In this document: positions 56,283 to 64,000 of the stretch, piece by piece
How positions within the stretch are numbered: position 1 is the stretch's first letter
Layout: each line of letters starts with the position of its first letter
DNA from: an uncultured Bacilli bacterium
GTDB taxonomy: Bacteria > Bacillota_I > Bacilli_A > RF39 > UBA660
Direction of reading: 5' to 3'
Assembly: GCA_934086315.1 (NCBI GenBank)
Contig: CAKOHZ010000001.1
Location: 472,737-536,736, forward strand
Length of the DNA: 64,000 bases
Translations under genes and position numbers: made by a program
Notes under the pieces: model-generated
Told to the model about the DNA's origin: nothing
Database searches by the model: none
The model's input: the letters and a program-made list of their open reading frames with translations, nothing else

Positions 56283-57290
56283 GTGATAGGGAGTAGACAA
56301 AGAGAACTATTAAGAGCAATAGTTGAAGAATATGTAAAAACTGCAAGACCTGTTGGAAGCAAATCATTATGTAAAAAGTTTAAATGTTCTAGTGCTACTA
56401 TCAGAAATGATATGGCTGCTCTTGAAGATTTAGGCTACTTAGAAAAAACACATATATCTTCAGGAAGAGTTCCATCTGAAAGTGGATATAGATATTATGT
56501 TGATAATTTGATGGAGCCAAGAAAAATAAGTGGAGAAGATATGCTTAAACTTCAAACTATATTTAACAACAACGAACTTGCTTTAAGTGATGCAATAAGT
56601 AAAAGTTTGGAAATTATAAGTGATATGACAAACTACACTTCAGTAATTCTTGGTAAAGAATCAAGTGATAACAAATTGCAAAGAGTAGAAGTTGTTCCAA
56701 TAACAAGTAGACAACTAATCGCTATTGTAATTACTGATAAAGGTCATGTTGAAAACAAGAATATAAATCTTGAAGAAAACATACCTGTAGAAGAAATATC
56801 TAAAACAACAGAATTGTTAAACAAAATGTTAATTGGGACGCCTATAGATGAAGTTCCTAGTAGATTAGAGTTTGAAATAAAACCTATAATTGGTAATTAT
56901 GTTCAAAACTATGAAGTTGTATATAATGCATTTTATAATGCACTTACAAACTTCACTAATGAAAGGGACGTTAGATTTACAGGTAAAGCTAATATATTAA
57001 AACAACCGGAATTCGGAACAGTTGATGATGTTAAAAACATTATAAGTAAATTTGAAAGCAAAGATATGGTGAGTAAAATTGAAGAAAGTGACGATGAGGT
57101 TAAGGTATATATTGGTAGCGAATCTGAAATAGATGACAATGTAACAGTTGTTAAAACGAAATATAATGCTGGTGGTAGAGAAGGTACTATCGCAGTAATA
57201 GGTCCAAAAAGAATGGAATATGAAAGAGTAGTAAATATGCTTGAGTATCTAAAAGAAAATATAGAGAAAAAGTATAATAACGATAAATGA
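56283..57290 (+). CDS. hrcA: Heat-inducible transcription repressor HrcA
   Basis: GSRQRELLRAIVEEYVKTARPVGSK winged helix. GTG start 6 nt after AAGGAGG. 335 aa. Confidence 0.85.
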   Translation: MIGSRQRELLRAIVEEYVKTARPVGSKSLCKKFKCSSATIRNDMAALEDLGYLEKTHISSGRVPSESGYRYYVDNLMEPRKISGEDMLKLQTIFNNNELALSDAISKSLEIISDMTNYTSVILGKESSDNKLQRVEVVPITSRQLIAIVITDKGHVENKNINLEENIPVEEISKTTELLNKMLIGTPIDEVPSRLEFEIKPIIGNYVQNYEVVYNAFYNALTNFTNERDVRFTGKANILKQPEFGTVDDVKNIISKFESKDMVSKIEESDDEVKVYIGSESEIDDNVTVVKTKYNAGGREGTIAVIGPKRMEYERVVNMLEYLKENIEKKYNNDK

Positions 57291-57307
57291 TTTAAAGGAG
57301 AAAGTAA

Positions 57308-57943
57308 ATGGCTAAAAGATCAAAAGACGAAGAAATAAAGAAAACAAATTGTGACGAAAGTTGCGATTGTGGATGTAATGAAGGAAACGAATGTAACTGC
57401 GAAGATGTACATGAAGAAGTAAAACAAGAAGAAAGCGGATGCGCAGGTTCATGCGATGGATGTTCAGGTTGTGGAACAATAGATCCAGAAATGGTAATTC
57501 AAATCCTTGAAAATAGAAATAAAGAATTAGAAGAAAAATATATGCGTTTACAAGCTGAATATTTAAACTTCAAAACAAGAACTCAAAGTGAAATAAGTAA
57601 AATGCTTCAATACGAAGGTGAATCATTCATCAAAGAAATCTTAGTAGTTAAAGATAACCTAGAAAGAGCTATTATGATGGATGACAATGATTTATCTGAT
57701 GAAGTAAGTAAATTCTTAAGCGGATTTAAAATGATACTTGGAAATCTTACTGCTTTACTAGACAAATTCGAAGTTCGTGAAGTAGAGTGCTTAGGACTAG
57801 AATTTGATCCTCATGTAGCTGAAGCTGTACTTACTGAACACGATGAAAATAAACCTGAAAATGTAGTACTTGAAGTACTAACTAAAGGTTATAAATATAA
57901 AGATAAAGTTATTAGACATGCTATGGTAAAAGTAAATAAATAA
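57308..57943 (+). CDS. grpE: Nucleotide exchange factor GrpE with a Cys-rich N-terminal extension
   Basis: GrpE core (LQAEYLNFKTR...FDPHVAEAV...) preceded by 12 Cys in ~45 residues (CDESCDCGCNEGNECNC...GCAGSCDGCSGCG). Confidence 0.85.
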   Translation: MAKRSKDEEIKKTNCDESCDCGCNEGNECNCEDVHEEVKQEESGCAGSCDGCSGCGTIDPEMVIQILENRNKELEEKYMRLQAEYLNFKTRTQSEISKMLQYEGESFIKEILVVKDNLERAIMMDDNDLSDEVSKFLSGFKMILGNLTALLDKFEVREVECLGLEFDPHVAEAVLTEHDENKPENVVLEVLTKGYKYKDKVIRHAMVKVNK

Positions 57944-59800
<1,857 letters not shown>

Positions 59801-59821
59801 TTAGATAATTAACTGAGTTAT

Positions 59822-59848
59822 GGGCTCAAACACTTGAGCCCTTAATTT
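59822..59848 (+). terminator. Terminator after dnaK
   Basis: gggctcaa-acac-ttgagccc + ttaattt. Confidence 0.65.
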
Positions 59849-59865
59849 ATATAAAAGGAGAAACA

Positions 59866-61632
59866 ATGGATAAATACAAATGGGACTTAACTAAATTATT
59901 TAAAAGTGATGAAGACTTTAATGAAACAATAAATAGAGTAACAAAACTATTAGATGAAATAGTTAAATACAAAGGAAGAATATTTGAAAGTGAAGAGACT
60001 TTATTAGAATTCTTAAAACTTGATACCGAGATAGATATATTAATAGAAAGAATATATATTTATGCATATCTTGGATACTATGACAACATGAGTGATGAAG
60101 AATTCTTAGTAAAGAAAGAAAAAGCTAATAATATAATGAATACTTCTTCAAGTGTAAGAACATTTGTAACTCCAGAAATTCTAAGTAAAGATTATAAAGA
60201 AGTACAAGAATTATTATCTAAAAATAAAGAACTAGAAAAATATAAATTTGCATTTGAAAAAATATTTAGAAGAAAAGAACATATACTTAGTGAACCTGAA
60301 GAATTATTGTTATCAAATGTAAGTGAAACATTTACAACTGCAAGAGATGCATTCAATGCATTAGATAATGTAGATATAGATTTAGGTTATATCAAAGATG
60401 AAGAAGGAAAGAAAGTAGAATTAACTTCTTCAAACTATGTAAGATATATTACATCAAAGAATAGAAATGTAAGAAAAAATGCATTTAAAAAAGATAATAA
60501 ATATTATGAAAAACATATAAATACTTTAAGTGCTTTGTATGCAGGAAAAGTTAAAACAAATGCATTTATTTCAAAGACGAGAAAATATAATAGTATCTTA
60601 GAAATGTATTTATTCAGTGATAAAATAAGTAGAAAATTGTATGAAAATTTAATAAAAATCACAAATAAAAATACTAAATACTTAAAAGAATATTACAAAT
60701 TAAAAGGAAAAGAACTTGGATATAAACTACATTTATATGATACATATGTAAATACATCTTCTATGCCTAAAAAAGATATTCCATATGAAGAAGGAATTAA
60801 AATAATTAATAAAGCATTATCTCCACTTGGAGAAGATTATTTAAAAGAATTTAATAGACTATTAAATAGTAATGTAGTAGATGTATATCCAAAAAAAGCT
60901 AAAAGAAGCGGTGCATTCGAATGGTGTACATATGGAGTAGATCCTTACGTATCATTAAACTATGAAAATGATATTGATTCAGTAAGTACACTTGCTCATG
61001 AAATGGGACATGCTATGCATAGTTATTATAGTAATACAAATCAAGATTACATAAATGCAGACTATCCAATCTTTTTAGCAGAAATCGCATCAACAGTAAA
61101 TGAAGCATTACTTTCTAATTATTTAATTAAAAATAGTAGTGATAAAGATGAAAAAATATATTATCTAGTAGAATTTTTAGATAAATTCAAAGGAACTGTT
61201 TATAGACAAATGATGTTCGCTGAATTTGAATATATAATACATAAAATGTATGAAAAAGGTGAAGCAATTACTAAAGACTTATTATGTAAGACTTACTATG
61301 ATTTAAACAAAAAAGAATTTGGCGGTGCTGTAGTAGTAGACAAAGATATTCAATATGAATGGTCAAAAATTCCACATTTTTATTCATCATTCTATGTTTA
61401 TAAATATGCTACTGGATTCATAAGTGCACTTTTAATCGCAGATAAATTAGAAAAAGACAAAAACTTTAAAGATAAATATATAGAATTTTTAAGTAGTGGT
61501 TGTAGTGATTATCCACTAGAATTATTAAATAAACTTGGAATAGATTTAGCAGATGAGAATACACTAGATAACGCATTCCAACTATTTAATGAAAAAGTAA
61601 AATTACTAAATGAATATATGAATGGAGAGTAG
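59866..61632 (+). CDS. pepF: Oligoendopeptidase F (M3B family)
   Basis: HEMGHAMH zinc motif, 588 aa, M3-type architecture. Confidence 0.8.
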   Translation: MDKYKWDLTKLFKSDEDFNETINRVTKLLDEIVKYKGRIFESEETLLEFLKLDTEIDILIERIYIYAYLGYYDNMSDEEFLVKKEKANNIMNTSSSVRTFVTPEILSKDYKEVQELLSKNKELEKYKFAFEKIFRRKEHILSEPEELLLSNVSETFTTARDAFNALDNVDIDLGYIKDEEGKKVELTSSNYVRYITSKNRNVRKNAFKKDNKYYEKHINTLSALYAGKVKTNAFISKTRKYNSILEMYLFSDKISRKLYENLIKITNKNTKYLKEYYKLKGKELGYKLHLYDTYVNTSSMPKKDIPYEEGIKIINKALSPLGEDYLKEFNRLLNSNVVDVYPKKAKRSGAFEWCTYGVDPYVSLNYENDIDSVSTLAHEMGHAMHSYYSNTNQDYINADYPIFLAEIASTVNEALLSNYLIKNSSDKDEKIYYLVEFLDKFKGTVYRQMMFAEFEYIIHKMYEKGEAITKDLLCKTYYDLNKKEFGGAVVVDKDIQYEWSKIPHFYSSFYVYKYATGFISALLIADKLEKDKNFKDKYIEFLSSGCSDYPLELLNKLGIDLADENTLDNAFQLFNEKVKLLNEYMNGE

Positions 61633-61634
61633 TT

Positions 61635-62777
61635 ATGGCAAAAAGAGATTATTATGAAGTTTTAGGTGTATCAAAAGATGCAACTGAAGCAGAAATAAAA
61701 AGTGCTTTTAGAAAAAAAGCTAAAGAATTTCACCCAGATCTAAATAAGAGTCCAGACGCACCAGAAAAATTCAAAGAAGCACAAGAAGCATATGCATGCC
61801 TTTCAGATAAAGATAATCGTGCTAAATATGATAAATATGGTCACGCAGCATTTGAAAATCCTTATGGAAATGCAGGCGGTGGAGCTAGCTATGGAGGCGG
61901 AGCTAATCCATTCGGAAACTTCGATTTCAGTGATATCTTTGATGATTTATTTGGCGGTTCAGGTTTCAGTTCATTTAGTGGATTTGGTGGTGGAAATAGA
62001 TCATCATCAAGAGCTCGTAAAGGAAGCGATTCACTTTATGGAATGAAAATAGACTTTATGGAAGCTGTTTATGGTTGCAAAAAAGATATAGATTTAGAAT
62101 ACTATGAAAATTGTGAAGATTGCGATGGCTTAGGTGGTCATGGAGAAACAACTTGTTCAGAATGTAATGGTTCAGGATATGTTGTAAGACAAACAAATAC
62201 AATCTTTGGAGCAATGCAAAGTAGAACAGTATGTCCAGAATGCAACGGAAAAGGAAAAACTTATAAAACAAGATGTAACACATGCAAAGGCAATGGAAAA
62301 ATCAAAGTACAAAAAACAATCACAATTGATATTCCAGCTGGTATAGATAATGGAGAACAACTAAGATTAAGTGGAAAAGGTGAACCAGGAGTAAATGGTG
62401 GACCAAATGGAGACTTATATATTGAAATTAGAATTAAACCAGATGACAATTATAAAAGAGAAGGAAACGATATATATTTAGAAGTACCAGTTACTATAAC
62501 AGATCTATGTTTAGGTGCAACTAAAACAATAAAAACAATTGATGGATACGTAGATTTAAAAATTAAAGATGGAAGTCAACCAGGAGATATCCTTAGAATA
62601 AAAGGAAAGGGTATCAATAATCCAGATTCTTGGAAAAAAGGAGACTTCTATTGTGTACTTAAACTAATAATTCCAACAAGTCTATCAAGAAAACAAAAAC
62701 AAATCCTAGAAGAACTTGAAGACACAGATCTAGAAGATTCAAGCGAATTCAAGAAATTTGCAAAATTAAATAAATAG
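61635..62777 (+). CDS. dnaJ: Chaperone DnaJ
   Basis: J domain (DYYEVLGV...HPD), G/F region, four CxxCxGxG zinc repeats. Confidence 0.9.
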   Translation: MAKRDYYEVLGVSKDATEAEIKSAFRKKAKEFHPDLNKSPDAPEKFKEAQEAYACLSDKDNRAKYDKYGHAAFENPYGNAGGGASYGGGANPFGNFDFSDIFDDLFGGSGFSSFSGFGGGNRSSSRARKGSDSLYGMKIDFMEAVYGCKKDIDLEYYENCEDCDGLGGHGETTCSECNGSGYVVRQTNTIFGAMQSRTVCPECNGKGKTYKTRCNTCKGNGKIKVQKTITIDIPAGIDNGEQLRLSGKGEPGVNGGPNGDLYIEIRIKPDDNYKREGNDIYLEVPVTITDLCLGATKTIKTIDGYVDLKIKDGSQPGDILRIKGKGINNPDSWKKGDFYCVLKLIIPTSLSRKQKQILEELEDTDLEDSSEFKKFAKLNK

Positions 62778-62799
62778 TCAGTTAATACTGACTTTTTTA
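62776..62799 (+). terminator. Terminator after dnaJ
   Basis: agtcagt-taat-actgact + ttttt. Confidence 0.65.
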
Positions 62800-62927
62800 A
62801 TAGAAAAATCTAATATAAATTGAATTTTATGCCAAAAAATGATATAATATGAACGTTTTTTAAATAAATTGCAAAAAAAAGAAGTGTTTTGAAACTTTTC
62901 TTCGTATATATATTATTAGGAGGGAAA

Positions 62928-64000
62928 ATGGCACATATTAGTCCTAAAATCATTGCTGAAGTAAAATCTAGAAATAGACTAGAAGATGTTTTAAGAAGTT
63001 ATGGCGTAGAACTTGATAGTAGAAATAAAGCATTATGTCCATTTCATAAAGAAAAAACTCCTTCATTTAGTGTAAAACCAGATGAACAAATATTTACTTG
63101 TTTTGGTAAATGTAACTTCACTGGAGATGTATTCACATTTGTTGAAAGAAAAGAAGGAGTAACAAGACTTGAAGCAATAAAGATTTTAGCTGATAGAGTG
63201 GGAATAAAAATAGACAATACTGAAGTTAAAAAAGTAAACACAAAGTTTCAAACATACTACGAAATTAATGACACAGTAAATAAATATTTCAAGAACACAC
63301 TTTTATCTAAAGAAGGAACTGAAGCATTAAAATACTTAACTGAAAGAAATATGTCTAAAGAATTAATTAGTGAATTTAATATTGGCCTTTCTAGTTCAAA
63401 CAAACTGTATAACATCTTATCCAAAAAATATAAAAAAGAAGATTTATATGACATAGGATTAATTAAACAAATAAATGGTAATTTCTACGACACATTTCAA
63501 AATAGAATAATATTTCCAATCATAGATGAGAATAATAACATAGTAGCTTTTTCAGGAAGAAAATATTTAAGTGAAGACTTAAAAGACGATCACTTACCAA
63601 AATATCTTCATTCAAAAGAAAGTGAAATATTTAAAAAAAGTGGTATTTTATATAATATCAATAACGCAGATGCATTTATTAGACAAAGTAAAGAAATAGT
63701 ACTTACTGAAGGATTTATGGATACTATAAGAATGTCATCTATAGGTTATAAAAATGTAGTAGCTCTAATGGGAACAGCATTTACAAAAGAACATCTAGAT
63801 AAAATACTAAAATATAAATGCAAAGTAATACTAAACCTAGATCAAGATGAAGCAGGAGTTACAAATACAATTAAAATCGGAGATGAACTTCTAAAACACA
63901 ATATAGATTCAACAGTAATAGTATTTGAAGATTATAAAGATAGTGATGAATTCATAAGTAAAAAAGGAAAAGAAGCATTTGATATAGCTTACAATAATAG
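62928..64000 (+). CDS. dnaG: DNA primase DnaG (3' end beyond window)
   Basis: Zinc finger CPFHKEKTPSFSV...CFGKC, TOPRIM region (LTEGFMDT). ATG at 62928 follows GGAGGG. Not in the ORF track because no stop falls inside the window. Confidence 0.8.
   Translation, partial: MAHISPKIIAEVKSRNRLEDVLRSYGVELDSRNKALCPFHKEKTPSFSVKPDEQIFTCFGKCNFTGDVFTFVERKEGVTRLEAIKILADRVGIKIDNTEVKKVNTKFQTYYEINDTVNKYFKNTLLSKEGTEALKYLTERNMSKELISEFNIGLSSSNKLYNILSKKYKKEDLYDIGLIKQINGNFYDTFQNRIIFPIIDENNNIVAFSGRKYLSEDLKDDHLPKYLHSKESEIFKKSGILYNINNADAFIRQSKEIVLTEGFMDTIRMSSIGYKNVVALMGTAFTKEHLDKILKYKCKVILNLDQDEAGVTNTIKIGDELLKHNIDSTVIVFEDYKDSDEFISKKGKEAFDIAYNN

Noticed and set aside
56281-56283. ATG at 56281 as hrcA start
   Set aside because: It is followed immediately by TGA in frame. 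The overlapping GTG at 56283 opens the HrcA frame with correct SD spacing.
61792-62449. Several 62-84 aa ORFs on both strands inside dnaJ
   Set aside because: Embedded in a strongly supported CDS (Gly-rich and Cys-repeat regions give open alternative frames).

Overview
The window is AT-rich (roughly 28-30% GC) and almost entirely plus-strand coding. It looks like a low-GC Firmicutes (Clostridia-like) chromosome from a spore-forming lineage, because YqfC/YqfD homologues are present. It is dense in housekeeping genes but their order is rearranged. Core content: nusG (5' partial), rplK-rplA, ftsA-ftsZ, rimM-trmD, hisS, a divergent tRNA-Glu/tRNA-Ile pair, gyrB-gyrA, a T-box-controlled asnS-aspS-gatCAB cluster, a T-box-controlled short alaS, rlmN-stp-prkC-rsgA-rpe, yqfC-yqfD-vanZ-ybeY-dgkA-cdd-era-yqzL-recO, CIRCE-hrcA-grpE-dnaK-(pepF)-dnaJ and dnaG (3' partial). 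The most interesting region is an accessory island between rpe and yqfC (about 41.9-50.5 kb). It holds a membrane-anchored dockerin/DUF6273-like protein, a C39-peptidase ABC exporter, and two overlapping small ORFs (45 and 52 aa) that fall below the ORF-track cutoff. Both small ORFs carry paralogous double-glycine-type leaders (MNQEELINIKGG / MEVEELVMIKAG) and GxxxG motifs, so I read them as a candidate two-peptide (class IIb-like) bacteriocin or signalling-peptide system with no recognisable accessory or immunity genes. The island ends with a MarR regulator carrying a palindromic operator and a heterodimeric ABC exporter pair. Other points worth a second look are a 25-bp terminator duplicated around a rhuM-remnant + Nudix segment, a lipoprotein that seems to need a non-canonical start, an L11 with an acidic C-terminal tail, a GrpE with a 12-Cys N-terminal extension, pepF sitting between dnaK and dnaJ, a short AlaRS lacking the C-Ala domain, and an orphan radical-SAM enzyme. 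I found no CRISPR array, IS element, integrase or rRNA.
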